Of a DNA stretch of 56,816 nt, positions 1 through 9,681 are shown in pieces; position 1 is the first letter of the stretch, and the number at the start of each line of letters is the position of its first letter. Below the pieces are notes generated by a model. It was not told the origin of the DNA and did no database searches. It saw only the letters and a program-made list of their open reading frames with translations. The stretch is from IMG/VR virus record IMGVR_UViG_3300009159_000084, positions 1 to 56,816 of that record; one strand, written 5' to 3'. The DNA comes from a virus (taxonomy: Duplodnaviria; Caudoviricetes). Position numbers and translations under genes: made by a program.

Positions 1-157
1 CATTGATGCTTCTGAAAAAACTTCTACTACAGCCGCAACTCCTACGACTATTGCTACAGCAAATATTGCTGATGATGCTGAAATTACTTTTGATATTGAT
101 GTTGCTGGTACTGGTGCTAAAGGGTTGAAAGTAATTCTGTTCTTTAAGAGGCAGTAG
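1..157 (+). CDS. C-terminal fragment of tail fibre/structural protein; continues the ORF at 56106->end
   Basis: Frame 2 reads IDASEKTSTTAATPTT...DDAEITFDIDVAGTGAKGLKVILFFKRQ*, the expected continuation of ...PTVDINVGGTS at the window end. Confidence 0.75.
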   Translation, partial: IDASEKTSTTAATPTTIATANIADDAEITFDIDVAGTGAKGLKVILFFKRQ

Positions 158-996
158 TGAGTTTCCTACTTAATCCATATATTATCGGCGGCCCAATAGT
201 TGCAACTGGTGGGACAATTTCTATTGTAGGAAATTATAAAGTCCATGTTTTTACAACTAATGGAACATTTACTGTTACTTCCATGCCTGCTGGAGCAACA
301 GCAGAATTTCTTATTGTAGGTGGTGGAGGTGGAGGCGGCTCTCGCCACGGTGGCGGTGGCGCTGGAGGTGGGGTCCTTTACGGGACAGTTAACCTCGCAG
401 TGCAGTCATACTCTGCAACTATTGGTAGCGGAGGGACATCATCACAAACAGATCCAGGCACTGGGTCTGTTGGCACTAATGGGGGCAACACAATTTTTGA
501 CACGTTTACTGCTCTTGGCGGTGGAGGCGGTGGCTCGTACACAGCAGGAGTCCCTACAGGTGGAGGCTCTGGCGGTGGTGGCGGTGGTGGAAATAATACT
601 GGGGCAGGATCTGCAAACCAAACTAGCAGTAGTCCATTAACTGCATATAAAAACAATGGTGGTAACGGGGGCGGTGGCAATGGTGGTGGTGGCGGCGGTG
701 GTGCAGGCGCAGTAGGTAACAATGCTGCTGGTGATGATACTGGTGGCAATGGCGGCAACGGTTACATTTTTAATTTCTTAGGTACAAATGATACTTACGC
801 TGGTGGTGGCGGCGGCGGTGGTTCAGGTGGTGGAGGTTCAGGAGGAACTGGTGGCGGCGGAACAGGTAGCAATAACAGCGCAACTGCTGGAACAAATGGT
901 CTTGGCGGCGGTGGCGGTGGAGCAAGATCATCAGATACATCAGCCCGTGGTGGCAATGGTGGCACTGGAGTAGTGCTTGTAAGGTATTTGCTATGA
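157..996 (+). CDS. Glycine-rich tail-associated protein (copy 1)
   Basis: ATGG..VHVFT..LIVGGGGGG..GGxGVVLVRY architecture; GTG start overlaps upstream stop. Confidence 0.75.
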   Translation: MSFLLNPYIIGGPIVATGGTISIVGNYKVHVFTTNGTFTVTSMPAGATAEFLIVGGGGGGGSRHGGGGAGGGVLYGTVNLAVQSYSATIGSGGTSSQTDPGTGSVGTNGGNTIFDTFTALGGGGGGSYTAGVPTGGGSGGGGGGGNNTGAGSANQTSSSPLTAYKNNGGNGGGGNGGGGGGGAGAVGNNAAGDDTGGNGGNGYIFNFLGTNDTYAGGGGGGGSGGGGSGGTGGGGTGSNNSATAGTNGLGGGGGGARSSDTSARGGNGGTGVVLVRYLL

Positions 997-1871
997 GTTT
1001 TCTTCTTAACCCATACATTATTGGTGGTCCTGTAGTTGCGACAGGCGGCACTATCACAACAGTTTCTAATTACAACGGCACTGGTGAGACATGGAAAGTG
1101 CATACATTTACAACCGTTGGTGCGAGTGCATTTGTCGTATCGTCACCGGGAAATGTTTCATATCTTCTGGTAGCGGGTGGCGGTGGTGCTGGATCACGAC
1201 ATGCTGGTGGTGGCGGAGGCGGTGGGTTGCTAACGGGAACGCTTAATGTAACGTCTCAGTCTTATGCAACAACGGTTGGTAACGGAGGCGCAGGTGCGGG
1301 TGGTGGATCAGGGCATGGCACGAATGGGGATAACTCGACAGCGTTTGGCTTGACCGCTCTGGGTGGTGGATATGGCGGTGGCTATGTTGATGCAGGAGGT
1401 CAAGCACCCGGTGGCTCAGGCGGATCAGGCGGCGGCGGCGCGGGCGCTAGTGGGATTGCTGGTGGTACGGGTGACGGGGGTGCTGGCACATCGGGACAGG
1501 GGCTTGGCGGTGCGCGTGGATCGGACGTAAATGCCCAATGGTGCGGTGGCGGTGGAGGTGGCGCAGGTCAAGCAGGTGCGCGTAACTCTGGGAACGTCGG
1601 AGGTAAGGGCGGTGATGGTTTATCTTCTAGCATCTCAGGAAGTGCGCTGGTTTATGCGGGTGGAGGCGGCGGCGCAGGAGACGGCAACGTAGACGGAAAT
1701 GGTGGTGCAGGAGGATCTGGTGGAGGCGGACGAGGAACGGGTGCGTATGCGCCTGCCCCGGGAATAGCAGGAACTAACGGATTAGGTGGCGGAGGCGGAG
1801 GCGCACGAGATACAGGTGTTGGCGGCGCGGGTGGCAGTGGAATTATTGTCATTGCTTACAAGATCGGATAA
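993..1871 (+). CDS. Glycine-rich tail-associated protein (copy 2)
   Basis: Same architecture and identical N-terminus MSFLLNPYIIGGP; ATGA overlap. Confidence 0.75.
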   Translation: MSFLLNPYIIGGPVVATGGTITTVSNYNGTGETWKVHTFTTVGASAFVVSSPGNVSYLLVAGGGGAGSRHAGGGGGGGLLTGTLNVTSQSYATTVGNGGAGAGGGSGHGTNGDNSTAFGLTALGGGYGGGYVDAGGQAPGGSGGSGGGGAGASGIAGGTGDGGAGTSGQGLGGARGSDVNAQWCGGGGGGAGQAGARNSGNVGGKGGDGLSSSISGSALVYAGGGGGAGDGNVDGNGGAGGSGGGGRGTGAYAPAPGIAGTNGLGGGGGGARDTGVGGAGGSGIIVIAYKIG

Positions 1872-1873
1872 TC

Positions 1874-1986
1874 ATGAGTTTTCTTCTTAACCCATATTTA
1901 AGTGGAATGTTATTGCAACCAAAACTGGTGTAACTTTAACTTCTTCACGCAATACCTACATGCCTGATTACACGCTCGATATTTGA
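1874..1986 (+). pseudogene. Remnant third copy of the MSFLLNPY gene
   Basis: atgagttttcttcttaacccata repeats the start of 993; stop at 1933; a shifted frame gives VIATKTGVTLTSSRNTY. Confidence 0.55.
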
Positions 1987-2013
1987 AATATTCATGGGAG
2001 AAAGGAAACCCAA

Positions 2014-2280
2014 ATGGCACATGCAGCAAAAATTGAGAATGGTCTAGTGACGCAAGTTATTGTTATCGGAAATGATGACATTGGTGGCGATGGGTTTAGT
2101 CCTGAAATTGAGGCTAATGCTCAGGCTTTCATTAACTCTCTCGCCGGCTTGGAGGGGGAGTGGCGGCTAACGTCGTATAATAATAATTTTCGTGGTAAGT
2201 ATGCAGGGATTGGCGACACGTTCGATGAAGCACTGGATGAGTTTGTGTCACCCGTAGTTACGCCTGTCGTACCTAAATAG
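2014..2280 (+). CDS. Tail-associated small protein (chaperone-like)
   Basis: MAHAAKIENGLVTQVIV...SYNNNFRGKYAGIG motif, typically next to Gly-rich phage tail genes; good RBS. Confidence 0.6.
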   Translation: MAHAAKIENGLVTQVIVIGNDDIGGDGFSPEIEANAQAFINSLAGLEGEWRLTSYNNNFRGKYAGIGDTFDEALDEFVSPVVTPVVPK

Positions 2281-2293
2281 TTAGGATTAAAAA

Positions 2294-2716
2294 ATGGCTA
2301 CAACGCGAGCGTTAAGTACCGCAAATATTGTTGCGTCTAATGCGTTAAAGGCTGACATTATGAGCGAGCCTGTTACTGATTACACGGTGAGTGCGAGTGT
2401 GGTCACGTTTAATCTGACTAATGGCAACGTTGGGTATTTGTCTGCTTCAGCGTCTTCAAACTATACGTTGAATGTGACGAATCCTTCTACTACTGATGGC
2501 CGTTCTACGACGGTTACGTTGTTTGCTTTGCAGGGGGCGACGGGGTATATCCCTAGCGCAGTTCAGGTTTCTGGTTCGGCTCAGACGATTAAGTGGGCCG
2601 GTGGTACTGCTCCTACTCCGACTTCTACTTCGGGAAAGATTGACGTATTCTCCTTTAGCCTTATACGTCGTTCAAGCGCGTGGACTGTGCTCGGTACTAG
2701 CCTGTTGAATTTCTGA
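2294..2716 (+). CDS. Tail fibre-associated beta-rich protein
   Basis: IKWAGGTAPTPT..GKIDVFSF motif; Ser/Thr rich. Confidence 0.6.
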   Translation: MATTRALSTANIVASNALKADIMSEPVTDYTVSASVVTFNLTNGNVGYLSASASSNYTLNVTNPSTTDGRSTTVTLFALQGATGYIPSAVQVSGSAQTIKWAGGTAPTPTSTSGKIDVFSFSLIRRSSAWTVLGTSLLNF

Positions 2717-3498
2717 TGCCTAGGTGGGGAAGCACGGGAAAGATTTTTGGGCCGGATGGTGGAATCAGCAGAGCGTCATACAACAACGCTACTGGTGGAA
2801 CTATCACCACATTTGTTTCTACAGGTCAGGCCGGTACTACCACAGGTAGAACGTATCGTGTCCATTCATTTACAACTACCGGTGCAAACTCTTTAGTGGT
2901 TACTGCCGCTATTAACCCTTTTGATTGGCTTGTTGTTGGCGGCGGCGGTAGTAATGGTGGGGGAAATGGTGGTGGCGGTGGCGCTGGCGCTTTCAAACAA
3001 ACTTATGCAGGAACGCTCACAGTCCAGACGTATTCGCTAACGGTCGGCGCTGTCGCGGGATCATCAGTATTTAACGGAATTACTTCCGGTGCTGGAGGCG
3101 GCGGTGGCGGCGAAGGCAGTGGCGGAGGCGGAGGGTCTAACGGCTCTTCTGGCGGCGGCGGCGGTATGCAACCATCAGCACGAGGAGACTGGATTCCCGG
3201 TGGGTCCGGCAGCAGTCCCGGAACTAATGGTGGACAAGGTTCTATGGGTTGGGACTACGACTCAAACGGTGCTGGTGGCGGTGGAGGTGGTTCTACTTCT
3301 GGCGGTGGCAATGGCGGATACCGTAGCGGTGGTGGCGGTGGTGCCGGAACAAGTAGCGCAATACGCGGAACTGCTTACACATACTGCTCTGGCGGTAATG
3401 GAATGGGCACAGATGGCCCCGGTGGTGGTACAGGTACATATGGTTCAGGTGGAGCAACACAAGGTATTGTAGTCGTCCGTTATGAGGTAGCGCCGTGA
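2716..3498 (+). CDS. Glycine-rich tail-associated protein (copy 3)
   Basis: ATGGTIT..YRVHSFT..LVVGGGG..GIVVVRY. Confidence 0.7.
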   Translation: MPRWGSTGKIFGPDGGISRASYNNATGGTITTFVSTGQAGTTTGRTYRVHSFTTTGANSLVVTAAINPFDWLVVGGGGSNGGGNGGGGGAGAFKQTYAGTLTVQTYSLTVGAVAGSSVFNGITSGAGGGGGGEGSGGGGGSNGSSGGGGGMQPSARGDWIPGGSGSSPGTNGGQGSMGWDYDSNGAGGGGGGSTSGGGNGGYRSGGGGGAGTSSAIRGTAYTYCSGGNGMGTDGPGGGTGTYGSGGATQGIVVVRYEVAP

Positions 3499-4193
3499 TT
3501 AATTATGAATGGAATCAAGACTTACTTAACTGGCAAGAAGGAACCCCAAGTACCGTTCCCGTAATTCGCGCATACGATTGGGAAACAAGTAGCGATGAAC
3601 CCCCATTCATGGCATACATTGCCATTCCTAAAACTGGCACAAGTTCTATCTTTGAACAGTTAGCCATGCCAAAAGTATGCACTTCTCGGCATCAGACAAG
3701 GCATGTTCCAGCGGTTGCTACTTTAGATCACAATCATGATCATTCATTGATTACTTTTATTCGTGAACCGTTTCAACTGTATTGCTCATTCTACATTTTT
3801 ATGAAATGGCGCATAGATAACGGTTTCATTGGCAGCCCTATGCAAATGTTCCACGCTAATACAGAAAACGTAGCACTTATCCAATCAGGCGCAACACTTG
3901 AAGAATTTCTTCTCCAATGCCCTGTTGGTCAGTTCTATCCATATTTTGTTAATCCTTTAACAGCGCAAGATTTTGATTTCATTGGCAACATTGACCGCTT
4001 TGAAGAATCAATCGTTGCTTTTAATGCAATGTTTAATTTGTCGTTAGATGTAGTTCATTACAATAAAGGACAACAGGATTCTCCTTATGTTGTGAGTGAT
4101 GAGGTTGTTGCGGCTTTTAAGTCACGTCAATCTGAGGAATATGTTGTGTATAACGATTTGTTGTTGGCTTCGAATTTGATGCTGGAAAATTAA
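3495..4193 (+). CDS. Sulfotransferase (Sulfotransfer_2-like)
   Basis: YIAIPKTGTSS (PAPS 5'-PSB loop), FIREP, DFIG motifs. Confidence 0.7.
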   Translation: MINYEWNQDLLNWQEGTPSTVPVIRAYDWETSSDEPPFMAYIAIPKTGTSSIFEQLAMPKVCTSRHQTRHVPAVATLDHNHDHSLITFIREPFQLYCSFYIFMKWRIDNGFIGSPMQMFHANTENVALIQSGATLEEFLLQCPVGQFYPYFVNPLTAQDFDFIGNIDRFEESIVAFNAMFNLSLDVVHYNKGQQDSPYVVSDEVVAAFKSRQSEEYVVYNDLLLASNLMLEN

Positions 4194-4264
4194 AAATAAC
4201 ACTTTCAGGCAAAGATTCCCCGCCACCTATTCCATGTTAAACGGGTGTTTGATAGGTTGTGGTT

Positions 4265-4927
4265 ATGCGCGTAGCCCTGATTACTGCCGTCTATAACGGC
4301 TATGACCCTGTAAAAGATTTGCCTGCCGATCACGGATTTGATGAAGTGATCTGTGTCACAGATGGGGAGAGTCCTGTTGGTGAGGGCTGGGACATTGTGT
4401 TTGAGCCGTCCAATTTACATCCCCGGCTTGCTGCTAAGCGGCCTAAAATGATGCCTTGGTTGTATACGGATTGTGATGCAGCGGTGTGGCTTGATGCCTC
4501 GTTTAGTGTGAAATCTGCTGATTTTTCTCGGTGGGCGCGGCAACTGCTTGCGATGAGTGATTTTATTGTGTGGCCCCATCCTGAGAACAGGTATTGCATT
4601 ACGCAAGAGGCGCCTGTGTGTTGGGATTGGGAGAAATATAAGGATTGGGATATGCGGGGTCAGTTGCAGCATTATCTTGATGATGGGATGCCTCGTGATT
4701 GGGGTTTGTTTGCGTGTGGAACGGTGGGCTACCGGTTTACTGATGAGGTTAAAGATTTTGGTGAGCAGTGGTATGCGGAGCAGGCCCGGTGGAGTATTCA
4801 GGATCAGGTATCTTTGCCGTATTTGTTGTGGAAGAACGGCAAGCGGTTTGGTTTATGGCCTGCTCATGAGTATAAGAATGATTTTGTGGAGTTGCATTGG
4901 GCGGATCGTCCTAATCCTTCGCAGTGA
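4265..4927 (+). CDS. Glycosyltransferase-like protein (DUF616/TOD1-MUCI70-like)
   Basis: ITAVYNGYD, CVTD, KMMP, WLDAS, HPENRYC, DQVSLPY motifs. Confidence 0.7.
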   Translation: MRVALITAVYNGYDPVKDLPADHGFDEVICVTDGESPVGEGWDIVFEPSNLHPRLAAKRPKMMPWLYTDCDAAVWLDASFSVKSADFSRWARQLLAMSDFIVWPHPENRYCITQEAPVCWDWEKYKDWDMRGQLQHYLDDGMPRDWGLFACGTVGYRFTDEVKDFGEQWYAEQARWSIQDQVSLPYLLWKNGKRFGLWPAHEYKNDFVELHWADRPNPSQ

Positions 4928-5603
4928 TGAGCGAGTCGATGTGTTCGTGTAGGTCGATGAGCGGTCGCCAACTCGGCACGGGTTCGTGTGGATAACATGG
5001 AATAGCGGTCGGGTATTCCGGGTAATCGTTTGCAGTGAGTTCGTATTGGGCGGCAAGTTCTTTGGGGCTGATTGGTTGCCATGTTGCCGCCGCGTAAACG
5101 CCTCTGGGGGCCGCTAGAGCCGCTATTAGGGCCCTTGCTACGTCATTGACGTGAATGAAGTCTCGTGGCTGCTCCGATAGCCCGGTGAGTTCCCTGACCC
5201 CGTTGAGTGCCTGTACGAGTTGAGGCACGAATCCGCGTCCCGGTCTTGCCTCGTCTCCGTAGATTGAATAGGGGATGACGTGGGTTGCCGTGCGAAATAT
5301 TTGCTGTTGTTGGTTCTTTAAGTGGGTGTAAAGCAGGTCTTTACAGTTACCTTCAGCGTCTTGCCACCATGATCCGACGACTATGATTTTTGAGATCCGG
5401 TGGGCCCGAAGGTAATTGGCGAGGTCGAGGTTGAAGTCAGTGAAGGCTCCGACGGCTACGGGGTCGCGGTAATTTGGTGCGGCGCAGTGAATGACTGCAT
5501 TGACTGCATGTTCGGGGAGTTCGCGGCCAATGGGGTAGGGGTTGTCGAGCATTTCCATGAGCACTGTTCCGAGGTGCCCGGTGGCTCCTGTGACGCCGAT
5601 CAC
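4911..5603 (-). CDS. NAD-dependent epimerase/dehydratase
   Basis: VTGATGHLG Rossmann motif, YxxxK (YTHLK), RDFIHVNDVA. Confidence 0.8.
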   Translation of the reverse strand: MIGVTGATGHLGTVLMEMLDNPYPIGRELPEHAVNAVIHCAAPNYRDPVAVGAFTDFNLDLANYLRAHRISKIIVVGSWWQDAEGNCKDLLYTHLKNQQQQIFRTATHVIPYSIYGDEARPGRGFVPQLVQALNGVRELTGLSEQPRDFIHVNDVARALIAALAAPRGVYAAATWQPISPKELAAQYELTANDYPEYPTAIPCYPHEPVPSWRPLIDLHEHIDSLITAKD

Positions 5604-6283
5604 GGCAGGCTCTTAATGAGTTCGGCTATTTCGTTGTCTGCCTGTTGCCGAATGGTGGTGTCGAGATTAATGCCGGACATGGTTTCGTGTGTCTCACCGA
5701 TGTCAAAAATTGCGGTAATAAATTGGCTGTGATACGGGACGGCGTGGGGCGTGGCGTGTAACCAAAATCCCCAATCGGACCATCTCACATCGGGATAGCC
5801 GCCGGCCTTTTCCCATAATGATCGCTTATATGGGGAGTGAGCGGGCAGGGTATTGAATTGTTGAAGCGCGATGGTGTTCCATGCGCCCATCCACCGGTGC
5901 CCGTTTGACATGAGTAGGTTACCGACCATGAGGTTGGCGCCGAGTTCTTCAGCACGGTTGAGGTCAGCAAAGGCATCGGGCATCATTTGATCATCAATAC
6001 CGCAGTAGGCGACCCATTCAGAGTCCGCTGCCTTGACGGCGGCGTTGAAGTATTCGACCCCGAACCCGCTACTCAATGGCACGAACTTTACGGGTATGTC
6101 ATACCCGGTGGGTACAGTTGTTATGACTTGCGCGTGATCCTCATAATGGTGGGTTATCACGATTTGACTTGGGCGAGGATTTATGAGGAGGACGGCATTC
6201 CACCATCGTGGGATAAAATGCGCGTAGGCGGCTGACTCTGCAATTGTAAAAAGCGTGACGGTGGGTGTACTAACGGGGGTCAT
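5600..6283 (-). CDS. Glycosyltransferase family 2-like
   Basis: N-AAVKAA-x-SEWVAYCGIDD, WEKAGGY, SDWGFW. Confidence 0.7.
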   Translation of the reverse strand: MTPVSTPTVTLFTIAESAAYAHFIPRWWNAVLLINPRPSQIVITHHYEDHAQVITTVPTGYDIPVKFVPLSSGFGVEYFNAAVKAADSEWVAYCGIDDQMMPDAFADLNRAEELGANLMVGNLLMSNGHRWMGAWNTIALQQFNTLPAHSPYKRSLWEKAGGYPDVRWSDWGFWLHATPHAVPYHSQFITAIFDIGETHETMSGINLDTTIRQQADNEIAELIKSLP

Positions 6284-6333
6284 GGACTGTAGTATCGCAG
6301 TTAAGCCCCGTAAAGCAAGATTGGACCCCGCGT

Positions 6334-7386
6334 ATGTCGAGTGTGGCGTTTATCAGTACTGACTTCAATCCTGCCGTCAACCCGCCTGAGCCTAATGGGT
6401 GCGCGTGGTATCGGCTTGTGCTTCCTTCGCGGGAGGTTCAAAAGTTTGGGTGGGAAACCGGCGTCGGTATGCCTAGGGCAACGGCGGACATGGGTTTTGG
6501 TATTGCTCACGGTGATGGCGCCTATTTTGGGTGGGATGTCACGGTTTTGAAATTGTTGATGCACTCAAGCACCCCGGACATGATTCGTGTCATGCAATCC
6601 AAGGGTCAGCGCGTCATTGTGGACGTAGACGATTTTCATTTTGGGATCCACCCGGAAAACATTGCTGCCCGCAATACTGACCCGAACATTAACCCTGAAA
6701 CTAATCGCATGTTTTTTGAGATGGGGATCCGGGCGGCGGATACGGTCACGGTTTCTACAGAATTTCTTGCTAACTTTTATGAGCAACGCTGTCGAGATGT
6801 GCGGTTGATTCGTAACGCTATCGACGTGGACCGATTCACTATGGTCACACAGCCCGATGTGCCAACGTTTGGGTGGGTTGGCGCCACCATGTGGCGTTCG
6901 GGTGACATTGAAATGCTTGCGGATTGGTTGCCTGAATTCGCTCGCGTAAACAATGTCCCCGTCCACCATTCGGGCCACATCCCGGGAGACTCACGACACT
7001 TCGCTGTAAGGGCCGGCATGAAGCGAGTTAATACCGTGATGATGCAACCTATTACGAAGTACCCGTCACTGTTGCAGCACATCAATGTTGGCCTTGTGCC
7101 CTTGGTGCGTACTGATTTTAATGAAGCAAAATCAAACTTAAAGGGACTTGAGTATGCCGCTTCAGGCATCCCCTTTATTGCTACGCCTACAAAAGAATAC
7201 GAATTGCTCGCTAAGGATGGGGTGGGGCGGTTAGCGTCTAGTCCTGAAGAGTGGGCATTCCATGCTACTCAATTGCTTGATCCTGAGGTGCGCCGTGTAG
7301 AGGCTGAATATGCACGCAAAGTCGTAGAAGAAAAATACAACATCACGGTGAGAGGTGAGCAATGGGTTACCGCGCTGAATGGATAA
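6334..7386 (+). CDS. Glycosyltransferase (GT-B/GT4-like)
   Basis: GCAWYRL, DVDD, VTVST, GLVPL..FNEAKSNLKGLEYAASGIP. Confidence 0.8.
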   Translation: MSSVAFISTDFNPAVNPPEPNGCAWYRLVLPSREVQKFGWETGVGMPRATADMGFGIAHGDGAYFGWDVTVLKLLMHSSTPDMIRVMQSKGQRVIVDVDDFHFGIHPENIAARNTDPNINPETNRMFFEMGIRAADTVTVSTEFLANFYEQRCRDVRLIRNAIDVDRFTMVTQPDVPTFGWVGATMWRSGDIEMLADWLPEFARVNNVPVHHSGHIPGDSRHFAVRAGMKRVNTVMMQPITKYPSLLQHINVGLVPLVRTDFNEAKSNLKGLEYAASGIPFIATPTKEYELLAKDGVGRLASSPEEWAFHATQLLDPEVRRVEAEYARKVVEEKYNITVRGEQWVTALNG

Positions 7387-7988
7387 CGCATCAAGGAAAC
7401 GTGTCGGTTCATTCGGAGGTGATGCTGCACGCTGTTGATCGTTTTTTGCAACGGAAACCGTTGCGGGTGCTCATTCTTGGTGTTGGCAATGGCGGATCAA
7501 TGCAGGTGTGGGAGAAAGTTTTACCTGAGGGTTCGACATTGCATGGCGTTGATATGAATCCCGCTTGCATCGATTTGGGTTTGAATGTTGTAGTTGGAGA
7601 TGCAAAAGATCGGACATGGGTAAGTCAGACGTTCAAAGGAAAATGGTTTGATTTAATTATTGATTCGACCGGGGAAATGGTGAATCACCTTTGGCCATAT
7701 TTAACGGTTAACGGACTCATGGTGTACGAGAATTATATCTTTAAGGATATGATCGAACTTGCTCACGCTATTGAGAATGAAAGTAAATCGTGGTTGCCTG
7801 TTGAAGAAATAATGCAGATCATGTGGTTCCCAAAAATTGCGGCTATTGAGAAACGAAATCCTCGGGTTGTCCCCTATCTTGATATTATTGTTGGAGCCCA
7901 TGATCCCATTGTTCCCGTGAGCAATTACATTGCGCGTGGAGCAAAACGTATTGCTCCAATAAAACCGGAGGCTGTTACTCCCGAGTAG
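7362..7988 (+). CDS. Class I SAM-dependent methyltransferase-like protein
   Basis: LILGVGNGGS..W, GVD, GDA, FDLIID; motifs somewhat degenerate. Confidence 0.6.
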   Translation: MGYRAEWITHQGNVSVHSEVMLHAVDRFLQRKPLRVLILGVGNGGSMQVWEKVLPEGSTLHGVDMNPACIDLGLNVVVGDAKDRTWVSQTFKGKWFDLIIDSTGEMVNHLWPYLTVNGLMVYENYIFKDMIELAHAIENESKSWLPVEEIMQIMWFPKIAAIEKRNPRVVPYLDIIVGAHDPIVPVSNYIARGAKRIAPIKPEAVTPE

Positions 7989-8014
7989 GTGGGTTCTTCT
8001 GGCAAACTAGGGGA

Positions 8015-8422
8015 ATGATTTTCTCATCCGTTGTGTTGGCTGAAGTTGGTTTGCAAGACGGGTTTTCGTGGGAAGACATTGTTGCTTTTTCTATCGGGTT
8101 TATAGCCGTCATTACTGCTCTGGGAATGATTCACCGGGCTGTCGTCAAGCCGGCAATGCGTGAGTTTCGTGAGTTCAAAGATTGGCTTCGCAAATTTCAA
8201 AGAGATTGGGATGGCGAAGAGGCTTCACCGGGTAGAGATCGAGTCCCCGGGGTCATGGAACGCCTTAATCGCGTGGACGGTGAACTGCAGCGCAATGGCG
8301 GAAATTCGGTGAAAGACAAAGTAATTGAGGCGTCGGAACAGATCGGCGTTCTTGAAGAACGTGTCGGTGTCATTGAGGCCCGTCAAATAGAAATACAGGA
8401 AGTAGTAAATAAGAAGTCGTAA
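8015..8422 (+). CDS. Membrane protein of the lysis cassette
   Basis: One TM segment plus PGVMERL..NGGNSVKD motif seen in actinophage lysis regions. Confidence 0.55.
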   Translation: MIFSSVVLAEVGLQDGFSWEDIVAFSIGFIAVITALGMIHRAVVKPAMREFREFKDWLRKFQRDWDGEEASPGRDRVPGVMERLNRVDGELQRNGGNSVKDKVIEASEQIGVLEERVGVIEARQIEIQEVVNKKS

Positions 8423-8451
8423 ACACCCCCCGGTATGGGTAGAATCCGGGT

Positions 8452-8778
8452 GTGATTGATGAAACCCCAGAAACAAAGCCCCGCACTGTTAAGGCAAAGC
8501 CCGAGGATCAGCCCGTGAACCGGCGCTCAGAATTGGCATTGAAACTTAAGGGCGGTGGAATATCGTCGGGAGATCGAGGCCATCAGGTCGAAATTGTTCA
8601 GAAAGCCCTACTCACGTTAGGGTTTTATGACGGTCCCGCAGATGGCCGATATGGCATCGTATTAACCAAGGCAGTACGACAATTCCAATCAGCAAACAAT
8701 CTCCGCATTACCGGCGATGTTAATGTCGCAACGTGGGAACGATTGTTTGCTTCTATCGAAAGTGAGACCCATGTTTAG
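8452..8778 (+). CDS. Stand-alone peptidoglycan-binding domain protein
   Basis: GDRGHQVEIVQKAL..GPADGRYG..AVRQFQSANNL..TG..TW (PG_binding_1). Confidence 0.8.
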   Translation: MIDETPETKPRTVKAKPEDQPVNRRSELALKLKGGGISSGDRGHQVEIVQKALLTLGFYDGPADGRYGIVLTKAVRQFQSANNLRITGDVNVATWERLFASIESETHV

Positions 8779-9001
8779 TAAACAATTCTGGAGGGACGCC
8801 ACAGAGCGTGCCCTCAAGACCGCAGCGCAAGCAGGCATTCTTGCCCTCGGAGCCGATCAGATTAACGTTCTTGGACTCGATTTGGTCAACATTTTTGGCT
8901 TTATGGTGGGTGGCGCTTTGCTGTCGTACTTGACTTCAATCGTGTCGATCAAGTTCGGCACCCCGGGAACACCGAGTCTTGTAAGCGGAGATAGCGAATG
9001 A
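8771..9001 (+). CDS. Holin, r1t family
   Basis: FWRDATERALKTAAQA...LLSYLTSI signature. Confidence 0.8.
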   Translation: MFSKQFWRDATERALKTAAQAGILALGADQINVLGLDLVNIFGFMVGGALLSYLTSIVSIKFGTPGTPSLVSGDSE

Positions 9002-9498
9002 AAACCATCCATGGCTGGGAAGTTATTGAAAAGGGTAACGATCCAAAGTTGAAGAATCTTTTAGTCCCGGGAACCGTCCGCCGGTTGAAGGTCCGCGCTG
9101 ATATTGGCGGTTACCTAATAGCATTCGCTTCAGAATTCCACACGTTGATTTCCCCTATTGACGTTGGTACTTATGACGATTGGGGCTGGTCACCTTTGCG
9201 TGACGGCCGTGCTTCAAGTTCCCCTTCCGATCATTGTGCCGGTGTGGCGATTGATTTGAATGCTACGACTACGGGCTCGCAATCCAAGAGCAATGTGTTC
9301 TGGGCCACTCACCCTAAAAAGGCTTTGGCCATGCGTGCTTTACTCAAAAAATACAACCTCATTGAATGGGGTGGCGATTACAAGCGCGTCTATGACCCTA
9401 TGCACCTGACGTTCAAAGAGGGCGTTAACGCTACAAAGGTAAAGGCCGATATGAAGCGTCTTGGAATTACTCCAAGTGGCATTATCAAAGCAGCCTAA
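8998..9498 (+). CDS. Endolysin, M15-family peptidase
   Basis: SDHCAGVAID (SxH..D), WGGDY..DPMH zinc motifs. Confidence 0.85.
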   Translation: MKTIHGWEVIEKGNDPKLKNLLVPGTVRRLKVRADIGGYLIAFASEFHTLISPIDVGTYDDWGWSPLRDGRASSSPSDHCAGVAIDLNATTTGSQSKSNVFWATHPKKALAMRALLKKYNLIEWGGDYKRVYDPMHLTFKEGVNATKVKADMKRLGITPSGIIKAA

Positions 9499-9524
9499 CT
9501 GCTATATTTTCTCCGGGAAGCCTT

Positions 9525-9556
9525 GGGGCCCACTGATCTTCGGATTGGTGGGCCTC
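9525..9556 (+). terminator. Hairpin after the endolysin, probable terminator
   Basis: ggggcccactgatc-TTCG-gattggtgggcctc, 14-bp stem with cUUCGg loop. Confidence 0.65.
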
Positions 9557-9681
9557 AATGTATTTAGGTGGCGGTGCCCCATAAGACCCCAAATGGGACA
9601 CCGCCTACTCCGGAGGCCCGTGGGAGAGGGGAGAGGTGGGCCTACAACGAAGTGAGGAAATTGTGTCACACTTCTCCACCC

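Noticed and set aside
378-1852. Poly-proline ORFs on the minus strand
   Set aside because: Antisense shadows of the Gly-rich genes.
157-3498. Diversity-generating retroelement acting on the Gly-rich paralogues
   Set aside because: No reverse transcriptase, and the differences are not adenine-specific.
4911-6283. Invertible segment controlling the two reversed genes
   Set aside because: No convincing flanking inverted repeats and no recombinase gene.
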